This document shows positions 51,109 to 64,000 of a stretch of 64,000 nucleotides of DNA, in pieces. The stretch spans positions 18,664,001-18,728,000 of the forward strand of contig NC_087436.1 of assembly GCF_036321535.1 (NCBI RefSeq), written 5' to 3'. The position numbers were made by a program, and so were the translations under genes. The notes beneath the pieces were generated by a model that was given only the letters and a program-made list of their open reading frames with translations, was not told where the DNA came from and did no database searches. Every line of letters starts with the position of its first letter. The first letter of the stretch is position 1. The stretch comes from Camelus dromedarius. Lineage: Eukaryota.

Positions 51109-52489
51109 GTGCAGTACAATTTTAAAGTGACAAAAACTAGCCACATGCATTTGAGATTAGGTTGAGAGGGTCAGTTTGCCTGCAAAAAATTAAGGATAGT
51201 GGAAGATCAATTTGAGTCATAGAATTACCTCACTTACTGAATATTAGCTTAGAGGCAGGTTAAGAATTTAGCCTATAAATGGGGGCATAAGGCACACTGA
51301 AGCTGGAGAAACCCATTCTGTAGAGGAAAATGCTGGTTAATGAAAATGTCCACTCTTTGCCCATCATACAATGCTTTTTTAATCCATATACTGGCTAAAC
51401 TTTTTTCCTGGAGGCAATTTGTCAAATTTCCCTAAATGTAAAGACATTTACATCAGTAGAAACTATTTTCGTTTCATTTATTTTATCACTGTTTTTACTA
51501 TTTGTTAAATGTTGGTCATTAAATCTTTAATGTTTTAAACTCCAAATAAAAGGAAATTTTAATTTTTAGCTGATTGTTTTTAATGTTTTTTTTGAAAATG
51601 TATTTGAATAGGCACTATTCAATGTTAATAAATGTTAAATATTTAAATTTTCCTCTTCATAAAGAGGTAAAATGTATTCTATATATGAATACAATGATTT
51701 GAATGGTACTGATTTTCAACAAGAATGACAAATAGCTTTAAACAGAATGGCATATGTTTTAGATTATTATATTTCTATATGTAGTATTAAGTGAAACAAA
51801 ATATTTTTGCCTCCATAAATTAAAAAAGTCAGGCAGCCATTATGCGTGGCTTTTCTTTAGTAAAAGAGAGATCTTCCTAGTTCAAACATTTTGTGACATA
51901 ACATCCTTGTTTTCTTTGTCCTTCTGACTGTGGCCATGATTCAAGATATGGCCATTCTATGGCCCTCAAATCCTTATCTGTATTTTAAAGTGAGGCATAT
52001 ACTGCCAGAGGTGGGGGAGGAGGAAGAGGGAGGGAGAACATGAAGTGGAAATTTTCAGAAATTAATTAAGATGAAGTAGACCCAAAGAATGTAAGCTGCA
52101 TGCATTAAATTTTATGCCCGTTGAACTGCAGAAACAGTCTTTGGAATACGTTAAGTTGAGAAAACCAAGAACTGCTTGCCTCTATTGAAATCCTTTTAAT
52201 TATGAAGGAAGAAGGTATTTTGTTACTATATGACGGATTTCTATTTGTTGACTTTTATTCAGGACTATCATCTTTAGGCACAAAGAGAAAAACCTAGACA
52301 TGGCAATATAAAGAAGGATTTTCTCACTTTTTCATTGGTTGGAGTTTGGCTAAACCATAAGAATGAGTATCAAGGATGGAACCTTGTTCCCAGAGTTATT
52401 CGCCTCTTCTGTAGCAGACTGCGGATTTACCATAACTCCTGGCTGTGTTTAGAGGGTATGAGGGACTTTACTGCAACTTTCATAGAAAT

Positions 52490-53025
52490 CAATCATTCAT
52501 TCGTTCATATAGTTATTTATTTGTTAATTCATTCATGCAGCAAATATTTATTGAGAACTCTGCATCAGGCACAAGTTCAGTTCTCTGGAGATGTGTTGGT
52601 GGACAAGACAGACAAGGTCCTTGCTCTTGGGGTGCTTGTATTAGATGGGGGACACAGACAGAAAACAACCAAACACAAATGAACAGGATATTTCAGAGAC
52701 GGGACAGTGCTATGAAGAAAACACAGCCGCAAAGAGAGGGATTCACAGCTGCTATTAGGGAGAGTGACCTGGGAAAACAAGAGGAGGCGACATGTCAGCT
52801 GAGTCATGAATGACAAGTAGAAGGAAACTGTACATCTAACCTGGGAGCAGAGTGTTCTGGGCAGAGGGAGTAGCGAGGTGCTGTGGTCTCAGCAGGAACA
52901 AGCTCGGTTTATCTGAGGAACAGAGAGAAGGTTGGTGTGGTTGGAGAGGAACCATCGTATAGAGGAGTGTTAGGAGGAAAGGGCGGAGGAGGGGGGCCCC
53001 ATCCCACGGTGTCTTGGAGGCTGTG
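52490..53025 (-). mobile_element. L2 LINE 3' region
   Basis: cattcattcgttcat...cagcaaatatttattgag...gacaagacagacaaggtccttgctct. Confidence 0.8.
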
Positions 53026-54954
53026 CTCTATTTGATTTAGGACACACAATGCCTCCTTTGTGTTTTGCCAATATCACAAAAACATACGCAGTTGTAGAGT
53101 GAAAAATCTCCTCCCTTCCTGGCTTCCTTCATTCAAGGAGAAATAATCAGTTTATTTTTCTCTCATTGAATTGATTAAAAATAAAACCCAATTATTTATG
53201 GTTCATGTAGGTGAAGCCGGAAGAGAATTAGAAAAAAACTAAAGAGTATGTGTTTTAAAATGCAAGGTATCACCACGAGGAAACTATAAGACTACAAGGC
53301 GGTCCTTCTTTAGCTCCACCTGAATTTGAGGTGCGCCTTCAGCCAAGTCTACATGGGCCAAATGTAACATAAGACTTAGCCCATCTTGCTCAAGAATGTT
53401 GGAGAATCTATCATTTCATTGTATGTGATTCATTCATGTTCTCGTGATGGAATTACGATTAAACTTTGAGGCTGATGAAACAGGGACAGGAGCCCAACAA
53501 AGTTAAGTGTGGGCATTTCCCAGGAAGGCAGGTTCTCACTAGTCATGCAGAGAGAGGCTCAGCGGAGAAGCTGAGGTCAGCCCCTCAGCCATGTGTTCAG
53601 TTAGCAGGAAAGTCCAGGACAGCTCGGGGACCACCTTTTGGGGATAATAAAAGTGCCTCCATTTTATAGAGAATCTTTTTGACCCCAAAGTTGGGAGACT
53701 TGTTTACAAGTGTGATGTTTGATCTTCATTTTCCTCAAAGTAACTGAACACTCAATTCTTTTCTTTTTTGTTGACTGTTCCTGAAAAATATAAGGAGTCT
53801 GCATGGTTTCATAAAAGGATGTATTTCCAATTTTGAAACAGTGAAAAACAGTCTTCTCCAAATACCCCTTTACTTGCTTCATTTAATTTTCCAATCGCTT
53901 GATCAACAGATATTTATTTTTAGTGACAAGCTCTGTGGCAAAATCAAGGTCATCTCCTTCATGAAGCACTGCTTTGTAACTAGTGGGGCAAAGGGCTCTC
54001 TGAATTCCAACCCAGCACACTGTTTGATGGCGGTGTTCCTTGTGAGATGTTTTGGTGGATTCCGTGTGGGAAGACAGCATGGGATGGTGGCAAATACACA
54101 GGCCTAGGTTGCCGTGTGAGCTCAGACAAGTTCTTTATACTTGCTGAGGAACCTCTGTTTTGACATTGATAAAATGGCAGTAATACCAACCTGAGGGGTT
54201 TTGTGAGCTTAAACTAGGTTCCGTGTGCATAGTGCCTGGTAAATAGAAACACTAGGAAAAGAACAGCTCATACCCTACTTTGTGTAAACTTAATTAATTG
54301 CCAACATTATTGACTAAAATCTTGAGGTCTTTGGTGGGGAAAGATAGCTCTTCTCTCTCTGATCTCTTTTTCCCTTTCTAAGGTAATACTTCTCTGTTTC
54401 TGTCTTCTTTAAAAAATAATTTCACGTTTTAAATGGTGAGCCTCAGGCACATCTAACTCCTCACTAGAGCAGGTTTTCCAATCTAGCATGAATCGGTCAA
54501 GACATGTCTTAAAAATTGATCATCTGATTGACTAGTAATCAATTTTATGGCTTCTAAATTTGGTACCTTAAATGTAGAAATGATAGTTAATTACACATAG
54601 TTTTCAGAAGAATCACGTAAACTATTAAAAAAATCCTGTCTCACAGCTAGAAGTGATGTAGAGGATCTGGAAACATTTTTCTTTCTGTGCTTGGGGTTAA
54701 TTTTCAGAGTCAGCTGTGTGAATATCTTCCTTCATTTGGAAAGATTCTAGTTGTTTGGTATGTGAACCTTGTCTGATAAGCAATCAGCTAAATCTGTGGT
54801 CCTGGAAAAAATGAGTTAGAGCGAGAAGGGCCATATGGTTTGTTAAGTTACATAGACAATGTTGTAGGTATTTTGCCATCTGTCTCACAAAGCCTTCACT
54901 TATGCAAAGAACACTGGTGAGTATGTCTGGCAAGGGGCAGAATATTTTTAATAC

Positions 54955-55073
54955 TTTTTTTGGGGGGGTGAGTAATTAGGTTTATTTATTTATTTTAATG
55001 GAGGTACTGGGGATTGAACCCAGGACCTCACGCATGCAAAGCTAACACTCTACCACTGAGCTATACCCTCCCC
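54955..55073 (-). mobile_element. Camelid tRNA-derived SINE (Vic-1-like)
   Basis: gtaattaggtttatttatttattttaatggaggtactggggattgaacccaggacc...ctaccactgagctataccctcccc; homologous to 19568-19678. Confidence 0.9.
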
Positions 55074-55105
55074 ACCAGACATTTTCACTTAGTGAGGCTA
55101 AATCA

Positions 55106-55472
55106 TTGTTACGGACTGAATGTTTGTATTCCATCCCTCGCCCCGCCCCAGTTCCTTTGTTGTGATCCATCCTAATGTGATGCTATTAGGAAGTGGAGTC
55201 TTTGGGAGATAATTAGGTTGTGAGGGTGGAGCCCTCGTGAATGAGATTAAGCGCCGTTATAAAAGAGACCCCAGAGAGCTCCCTCACCCCTTCTGCTTTG
55301 TGACAATACAGAGAGAAGACAGCTGCCTTTGAACCAAGAAGCAGGCCCTCCCCAGATACTGAATCTGTCAGTGACTTGATCTTGGACTTGCAGCCTCCAG
55401 AACTGTGAGAAATATTTATTAAGTTACCCAATCTATGGTATTTTTGTTAGAGCAACTCTAATGGATGAAGAT
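55106..55472 (+). mobile_element. MLT1A-like MaLR solo LTR
   Basis: tgttacggactgaatgtttgt...gagggtggagccctcgtgaatg...cttggacttgcagcctccagaactgtgagaaata. Confidence 0.9.
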
Positions 55473-55589
55473 CATGATGTGTACCTGTAATTGTTTTAGG
55501 ATATGTGGGAGCCTTACTTGAATTTTACAACAGATAGCAAAAAGACCTGTACTTAGGAATAATAGTCAAGAATCCTACTTCCATGAGTA

Positions 55590-56385
55590 GCACCATCGTG
55601 CCATCCAGTGTCCTAAGCCAAAAGTCCTGTCATTCTTACTTCCATCTCCCGCACCTTTCATATCCAAAGTATCATGAAAATCCTGTCATTTTAATGCCTA
55701 TATATTTCTTCTGTCCTCCACCACCTCTACCCTAGTCTGGAATACCATTGCCTCTTGTTCAAACTGCTCATTAGCTTCCAGTATTTTCTATCTTATCTGT
55801 CACTCTTGCTTCATAATATTCCAGTCAGATCTCCACATTGTAACCCTGTGATCTTTACACAAGGCAGTATGAACATAATATTCAACACACTGTTTTCATG
55901 ACTTAAAACTCTATGATTGAGTCCCAGGGCTCCTGGAGTAAAGTGAGAATCCCCTTAAAATAGCCTGAATGGCCATGGACCCTACCTCCTTCCCAACTTC
56001 ATCTCGCTCTGTGATCCCTCTCATTGTTCAGTGCACTCACAGTGGCTTTCTTTTCTTTTGTAAAATAGACTGGCTTCCTCCCTCTGCCTCTGGAGATTGT
56101 CTGCTCTTTGCCCTTCAAATGGCTTTTCTTCTCATCATCATTCAGAATTGAGCTCACATGATCGGTCTGTGAGGCGAAAGTCCTGTCATAGCAGAGGGCA
56201 CCTCTTCCCTTCCTGGCACCTGCCCCATTTCAGTTTGACACTTACTTGTGTGGCTGGTGTGTTTTGTGTTTGTCACTTCTCCCCTATGTTCTAAGCACCT
56301 AGACAGCAAGAACTTGCTCACCATTTATCCCCAGTGCTCACCTCAGTGCCTGATATGTATAAATCACTCAATAAATATGTATTTT
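55590..56385 (+). mobile_element. L2 LINE remnant
   Basis: ccaccacctctaccctagtc...ctcagtgcctgatatgtataaatcactcaataaatat. Confidence 0.65.
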
Positions 56386-58479
56386 GAGACTCTAAGCTCC
56401 ATGAGGGCGGAGGCAATGCTCATATTGTTCACGTGTGTATGTCTGATGCAATAACCATTTCTTGGATCTGTCAACAAATTTTCAAAACACTTTCCATTTA
56501 TTATCTTATTTGAGCTTCCTAACCACTCCTTGAGATGAGGATATATGGCAGACAACCTAAGTTTGCACTTCTCCTAATTTGTTGGAACTTGATCTTGAAC
56601 ACAATACTTCTCTAAACCCATTTTTTATTTATTACCTTGCTCTCCATCAAAGACATTAAGTTGTTTTCCTGATTTTCAATTCATTCTGAAATTTTACTAT
56701 TATTCCTGAGTCCAGGGCTTTTGGTTATGCATTGTAAAATGTAGATAAGGACCCCACATCTCAAAAATAGTTGTAGGTAAACATCATTCATTCTTACTAA
56801 GAGTGTTCCCACCAGATACACTCAGCAGAGTGTTCCCTTACATGGATGAGAGCTTTGTAACACACCTGACAGAACATCTGCAATATTGTCTGTATAACTC
56901 CCCAAACCACATGGCCTCTCTAACTCATTTTTCTCAAGACCATAGTTTTAGCTGGTTGCTCACCAGGCAAGGTTAACATATAGAACTGCTGTAATCTTTC
57001 AAAGTGAAGGAAGATCTTCCCACATCTGACTGTGAAAATTAACTCCAAGACCAGAGGGAAAAGTGTTTCCAAATTCTTCTGCATCCTTTTAGATGTGAGG
57101 GAAGAAATGTTAAGCCTCGGTGGTCTTCAGTTACCAAATGAGGATATGAATGTCCGTCCCATAGGGTTACTGTGAGGATTACGATAACTAAAATCAAATG
57201 GAGTATATGAGGATACTTTACAAATAGTAGTTTATAAATATAAACCATTATTTCATAGGTATGTATGGAAATGAGCTGAAGTTTAGTTATTAGGCAGATC
57301 TTTATCCAGCTGAGGATTATTTCAAACTATTTCCAAATTTTTTTCTTTTCTCTCTCTCCCTTCTTTTCTCCATTCTTCTTGTCGTCCCTCCTTCGTGGCC
57401 AAGTCAATACTTTATAAACTACCTACTAAAATCTCTCTCCTCTTATCTCTAATCTCTTATCCCTACTTCCTGTTTCTAAAATACTCTCTTTTAAACTTTT
57501 TATGCTCTTTCCTGCTGTAAACCTTCTTTAAGACCAGTGCCCTGACCTTGTCATCATCATCTTCTTTTTTTGGTGCATCTATCCCTAATTTCTGGAATAA
57601 AGTAGGTGTTAATAATGTTTTAGTTTGTTTCAAACAGCAAAATCTGATAGCTGAGAGCACAGATTTGGACCCACCATCCCAGGAAGTGCTTAAGACCATC
57701 CACTGGGATGTGGAAAGAAACTATGAGGACTTTATTCCTAATTAGTTTTCTGCTCATACCTTTCAAATTTGTAATTTATGTTTATATTTTGTATGTATTT
57801 GTGTTTGCATAGTAATGCATGTATATACACCCAAAAAATATATATGTATTGGGAATGACCAAGCCCCCTTGTCAGCAAAGATAGGATCGAATATTCTTGC
57901 CTAGAAGGAGAGAAGATACTAAATAGTTGCTGAACAGTAATCCAATTTACAACACTTATAAAAAGCATGCAATAAAAGATGTGTGTCCATTGGCCTTGTC
58001 CTAGAAGATGAGGTCCAAATGTCATGTGGTGGCCCTCCCAGACCCAAGTCTGCCCTTCTAGTCTCATCTTCCATTGCTACCTTTCACACACACTGTGATC
58101 TTGGGTGTCTAGACCAGTTGGGTGCTATCCTCCAAATATGCAATGAAAGTTTCCACCTCTGCCTTTCATGGACAATAACTCTAACTATGAAGTAAGTTGC
58201 TGCTGGTGGGAATGAGGGATTTCAGGTCACCACATCCAAGGGTTACAGTGAAAAGTAGTCTGGGTTGGGTCAGAGTGAGGATCCTGGAGGTCAGTTTGAC
58301 CTGAGAGCAGCAAGAAGGCATATTTCAGAAAGGGCAACTCTCAGTTTCAATAGGGTTTGAGTTATCGGTCAAGGAAGTACAAAGTATTCATGCAAGGGAT
58401 TCAGACCCAGCTCTTGAGCTGGGTACAGTTCTTGGCATCTGGGGAGGCACTCAGAAAATGTTAAAAGAGATTTCTGTGT

Positions 58480-59105
58480 TCCTCTACGACCACCTCAGAC
58501 AATCTCCACTATCACTCTGGTCTGAGCCACTACCATCTCCAGTCCAGAGTTTTGAGACAGTTGCCCCTACTTGTTTTCCTTTCCTTCAGAGAGAGAGCCC
58601 TCACAGTGCTCTCCAAGGTCCTACATGATCTGGCCCCTCGTTTTCTCTCTCCCCACGTCTCCTACAGCTGGACTTCCTCTCCACTCCAGCCCCACTGGCC
58701 TTCACACTGTTCCCTGGATGTGTAATTCCTCCATCTCACCAGTCACACTCTGGCACAGACAGTTCCCTCAAAACAAATGATATTAACAAGAATCACATGA
58801 CTTACTCCCAGGCCTCCTTCAGGGCTTCTCTGAAACATGGCCTTCCTGTGGAGGCCTCCTGTATACCCTGTCTAAAACCGCACGTCTCCAACACAACTCC
58901 AGTCCTCTGCCATTACTGTTCTCCAGAGCGCTCTGTACTATGTAAGATGTTTAATTTTTACTTGTTTATTGTCTGATTCCATCCATGGATTGTAAGCTCT
59001 GGGAGGGTGATTATTTTTGCTGGTTTTTTTTTTTTGCTTTAACACTAAGAATAGTTCCTGCCCATCATAGGTCCTCAATCAATATTTGATCAATCAATTA
59101 AAGAA
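58480..59105 (+). mobile_element. L2 LINE remnant
   Basis: tctggtctgagccactaccatctcc...tgtaagctctgggaggg...taggtcctcaatcaatatttg. Confidence 0.7.
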
Positions 59106-62100
59106 AATTTCACTATCTTTTATAGTGATTTCTTTCTCCTTTATCTCCCCAAAGCACTTCTCTGTACCCATTTCATAGTATATGTCATATTCTAGCAGTA
59201 TAGAATTAATCTGTATGTTGGTTCTCTCTCCCACTAGGATGGATATCCAGTGCTAAATTCTGCATGCTTAATACGTTTTTAAAAATGAATTGTAGTTATG
59301 CTTTTAGAGACATTATCATTTTAGTTTCTTCTGCTGAACCACTATTGTCTGTCTCATGTTTAAAATTGATCTCTTCTTAAACACTAGTAGCTGTATTCTA
59401 GCTGTTTATGTGGATGGCCCATCCAAATACAGAGTTACTACATTTCCTCAATTTTCCATATTTTTAAAAGTTACTCTTTCTTTGGGCTTGGATGACTGTT
59501 TTGTTGAGAGGCACAAAATGCTTGATATTACTCAGAACAATCTCAACTTTCAATAAAGATTCAAGTTAAATGAAGAAAGTTTGGGACAGACGATGGGAAT
59601 GGGAAAGAGAAAAAAAATAAAAGATAGATACAGATTAGGTACCACATGCCATTCACTTAACAATTCTTGTTAAACTACTCCTAGGATAGGCACTGGATGG
59701 GAGTATTTCCACATTCCCTCTTATAGATAGCTGCTGTTTACATTGTTCAGGTTGTGTGCTGCACAAGGGTGCCATAGCAAACAGGATTGATTCCATAGGT
59801 ATACATGCTTATTATATTGAGATTTTTAAACTATTTTATTTATCCTAAGTGTTGGATCCAGAGAGGAATTGCCTGCATATTAATTACAGCACATTTCTGG
59901 CTTGTGACAGTAAGGAATTTTCCTCTATTGAAACCAGCATAATGTGACAAATTTCTAATGGAAGGTTGCATAGGGGCTTAATACAGCAGAAAAAATTTGT
60001 ATTATTCTGCTTTACATTACAAAACAGGAATAGATTTAATACTTTAAAAAAACCAACATTTTGATCAAATAACTGGGCCTCTAAACAAGAAAATTCTTAT
60101 TAAATATCTTGGTGAATATCTTTTTAAAAATCCCCTATTGGTTTTAGTACACTGGCTTAATTGGGTATCATATGCTACAGTTTATACCATCTGCCATTTG
60201 TTTCCTAGACCAGAATTGTATTGCTAAGTTACCAGTTAATTTACAAGTACTTATATTATGACACAAATTACTAAGTAATGATTCAAACCCTGTTAATAAT
60301 CTACAAAGTATATTTTACATAGATACAAATTAGATTACCATGTAACAATTTATTAATTATATTATAGTACTGAGTATTTTTTTTACTATGGAAATGTTCA
60401 TGCAAAAATTAACTACTTAAAATTTAGAGACATGTTATATAATATTTTTAAATGTTATAAATTTTTGAAAAAAGGTGTATTTTCCCTCGGATGTTGAAAA
60501 GAAAATTTAAATAAATTATTGGTATCAGAAGAGATGTAATTGGGAAGTTGTTAGAAAAAAAGATAAAGAGAAACTTTGGCTAGTTAAATAAATAGAAGAG
60601 AGAAATAGAAGACCAAAAAATAAAAGAATTTTGAAACTAGAATATTCAGCAGAATGCAGCATAGATATGTCATTAATGGAGATGTATGTAAATTTCCCTT
60701 CCACCTCAATGTCTACTCTAAATGAACAATTTCAAGAACAATTTGAAGGGGAAAAACACAAAAGAATCTTTTAAACTGAACATTCTATTTGGCATCCAGG
60801 TTTATGGCCATCTAATTTGAATATGAAACACAAGGATATGCCACTCCTGTTGAAAATGATCCAATTCTTGTAAGACAGTATTATATTACAAAATAAACTG
60901 TAGGTAAGAACATATGATTATACACGAATTCTCCCAAATGTTGAAAATGATTAGATTATAGTTATTTTACGTCAAAAGATTCTTTTGTCCATATTATAAA
61001 TACTTTGGGGATAGAATAAACTCCACTAATGAATGATGAAGTAGTCAAGGACTGTCAGCTTTTATTATGTATTCTTACTAAGAATGGAAAAAAGTGTAAT
61101 GCACATCAATAGTAATATAAGTGCTCAAAACTGAAATACTGTATAGAAAAGTTTCATAACTATCGATGCTACAGAGGTTATTCAAAAAGAGAAAAATATT
61201 GTCATAGTGTGATGGCCTCTTAATATGAGTGATTCAGTTTTTGGCAAAGCTATGTGTTAGCATTGAGAGGATTATTCAAGAAATTTTGTGAGTGAGATAA
61301 TGGCAGTTTGCTATATTTTGCAGACACTGTAGCAGAATTGTATGTTATGGAAGACATTTGCACAAAATAGAAACATTGGCAACATAATATACTTCCTGAA
61401 GGATGGAATAAAAAACCAAAATTATGAAATTATAACAGAATAGTTTGGATAAAAAGAAATGTAAAACATAACTGAATTATTTTAGATAAAATCCCTAATG
61501 TATGCCAAGTTAAGAGCAATTATTGTTAGGTTTGTAGATTATAGAAATGCATATATTTCCATATGTGAACTCTTGGATTGGAATTTTCCATGTAAATTAA
61601 ATAACTAAAGAAGAACTGTGTACATTTCTTCGGGACTAAATCACTTACGAAAACAATAATAAAGGTAAAAATAGATTGAGGGGCCAGGGATTTAAGTGTA
61701 TATATAGAAAACATAACAGGTTGCACAAAAGTCTTTATTTTTTGACCTGTCCGTTCTTTACACTTGATCATTAACAATGCAGTTAAAAATATTTTTTGAC
61801 ATCACTAAATTTTCCAACTTCCAAGAACTAACCAATGACTTTTTGACTTCAGACATTGAACTGTATTTAAAACCACATTTACGAAGGATAAAAAACTTAA
61901 AAACCTTTGTCAAAAACATGATGAAGTCAACTGATAACATTCTGTCACTGAAAACTAAATTAAAGTGTGTTGTGCACTTTTAGAAATTGCTGATGATGTA
62001 ATGAAAGATACCTAAATACATAGATGTATTAACAATACAGACCTATAAAGAATAATAACATGCAATATAAATACAGTAAATCTAGATCATAATAATACAT

Positions 62101-62229
62101 AATAATAATATATAATAATGTCATTATATAACCATTACTGCTGGTACATAATAATGACATATGCTTCTCATTTTAAAAAGTTTTCAGTACCAAAAGACTA
62201 TCACAAACAATATTATACTGTATATTACA

Positions 62230-62382
62230 GGGAAATATATATAAGACCTTGTGGTAGCTCACAGCAAAAAAAAAATGTGACAATAAATATATGCATGTTC
62301 ATGTATAACTGAAAAATTGTGCTCTACACTGGAATTTGACACAACATTGTAAAATGATAATCAAAAAACGTTTAAAAAAAAT
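62230..62382 (+). mobile_element. L1 3'UTR fragment nested in the hAT fossil
   Basis: gaccttgtggtagctcacagc...gtataactgaaaaattgtgctctacactggaatttgacacaacattgtaaa plus A-tail. Confidence 0.75.
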
Positions 62383-62413
62383 AGACTGTCACAGCCTTCT
62401 CAGAGTTCTAGAT

Positions 62414-62726
62414 CAGGGGTTTGCAAAAGGGCTAGGTAGTAAATATTTTAGGCTTTGTGGGCCATTTGGTCTCTACTCAACTTTGTGTTGTAGTGTAAAA
62501 GCAGCCATATACAATACGTAAGCAAATGAGCAGGACTGTGTTCCAATAAAACTTTATTGGTGAATGCCAAAATTTTAATTTTATGAAGTTTTCATGTATC
62601 ATGCAATACTATTAATGTTTTTTCTCCTAATCATTTAAAAATGCAAAAGCTATTCTTAGCTTATGGCAGTACAAAAACAGATGGTAGGTCAGACTTAGCC
62701 TTTGAGCCGTTGTTAGCTGACCTCTG
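62414..62726. mobile_element. MER58B-like MITE with perfect 8-bp TSD
   Basis: caggggtttgcaaa...gctgacctctg flanked by ttctagat at 62406-62413 and 62727-62734. Confidence 0.92.
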
Positions 62727-63525
62727 TTCTAGATGACATATATACTTTGAAAAACTGTAGAAATGAATTACTACAAGTACGTAAAAATTTACAACTGAAG
62801 TTGACTGATGAACATACTAACGAATGGCACTGATAGCGCATCATGCAGCCTTAATTTACTGCATACAGCTCCAGATACTTATCTGGCTCTCAGTTTACAT
62901 TCAACTCTCAGTATCAGTGCCAGTGGAGACTTTATTCTCACATTAAATATTTAATAAACATGATTTAAGATCTACACTATTACAAAAAATACAGGCTAAC
63001 CCAGAGGCCATTTCTATAGAATGAGACAGTTACAAATAATTATTGGAATTGCTGTAATAAATTTATTCACCATGGAAGAATGATGTGTAATTATTTTAAA
63101 CAAATTACTATATTGTAATTAGTTGGCATTCTTTATTACTCTGATTACAATTTTTAATTTTGTCCTTTATGTTCAAGAGTTGGATTTGTGAATTTCATAA
63201 AGAGTGACTTTATGAAGTCACTGTTGTGGTTGTTGTAACAGAAATAAACACTATGCTGACTTAAAAAAAATTTCTACGGGAAGAAGAGATTTCTTTTTCT
63301 AATTTGTATTGAGGCCCTGTGTAGACCAGTGGAAGCCAGTCCTTGGTAGGGGTGGAGAGCCATATCCTAAGGGAGAAAGATTACAAAGATGAGTAAGACA
63401 CAGCTCCTGGTCTTAGGGTGCTTCTGTGAAGCTGGACGTTTTGCAGTCCTAACATCTCTTTTAAACCGTTCCTGTTACTGTTTTCTTCCATAGTTGTGTT
63501 TCAGTGCAGTCCAGAGTTTCACTTT

Positions 63526-63872
63526 GTTTATTCAAATTTTTTAATTGAATTATATTCAGTTTACAATGTTCTGTTAATTTCTGGTGTACAGAATAGTTAC
63601 TCAGTTATATATATATTCCTTTTCATATTCTTATATTCTTTCTCATTGTAGGCTGCTACAATGAATTGAGTATAATTCCCTATACAACAAGTAGGACCTT
63701 GTTGTTTATCTGGCTTTGTGAAGATTTCTTTGTAGTTCCAATTGTACAAATCTTCTGCCAAAGTTCAGTAGGTATCCTGTGAGAATTGTTGGACGTGTAA
63801 ATGTCTTTTTGATGTATTCATGGGAGAAGGTGAGCTCCTTGTCCTTCTATTCCACCATCTTCAAGCCCCTCC
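63526..63872 (-). mobile_element. Internally deleted L1 (5' end joined directly to the 3'UTR end)
   Basis: Minus strand starts GGAGGGGCTTGAAGATGGTGGAATAGAAGGAC...CTCACCTTCTCCCA (L1 5' end), switches at CAG|ATAAACAACAAGG to the L1 3'UTR and ends in an A-rich tail. TSD 63510-63525 / 63873-63888 (13/16). Confidence 0.8.
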
Positions 63873-64000
63873 TCCAGGGCTTTACTTTAAAACAAAACAG
63901 CAACTAAAATCTATTGTACCTAACAGCAATAAAGCAAAAAATGATGAAAAAAATAGAAGCCGCTCGTAATGTCAGTATGTTAATAAGCTGTGATGTGTAA

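Larger units (their letters stand above)
59724..63260 (+). mobile_element. Degraded autonomous hAT (Tip100/Zaphod-like) DNA transposon with transposase remnants
   Basis: Subterminal caggttgtgtgctgcacaagggtgcc (59748-59773). YTRILPN (~60919) resembles the TTF-zinc-finger region, FLAK...LALRG (~61238-61271) is DUF4371-like, and LALSLHSTLSISASG / LRST / AISIE (~62883-63020) resembles the hAT dimerisation domain. Confidence 0.72.

Noticed and set aside
1..64000. CRISPR arrays, operons, rRNA or prokaryotic systems
   Set aside because: Mammalian DNA; no regularly spaced repeats or such genes were seen.

Overview
Mammalian genomic DNA, very likely camelid given two Vic-1-type tRNA-derived SINEs. 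It carries the 5' end of EDNRA (endothelin receptor type A) on the minus strand: a CpG-island non-coding exon 1 (~9075-9465), the first coding exon (4504-4993, CDS 4504-4923) and the start of intron 2. About 54 kb of repeat-rich upstream DNA follows (L1, L2, MIR, MLT1/MLT2, MER3/5/58/82). The most unusual stretch is a second CpG island at ~33.75-34.85 kb. It is a class III (ERV-S/HERV18-like) proviral remnant with an LTR-like segment, NRF1-type motifs, a degenerate tRNA-Ser primer-binding site and a frameshifted gag N-terminus. The gag stops exactly where an inverted ~75-bp copy of the upstream LTR-like sequence begins. Other notable items are a ~350-bp L1 insertion that joins the L1 5' end to the 3' end at an AG (possible spliced L1), a hAT transposase fossil with an apparent internal inversion, two MLT1B copies sharing unusual variants, and an in-frame upstream ATG in EDNRA. 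Repeat family names and homologies come from recalled consensus sequences, not from searches, and most repeat boundaries are approximate.
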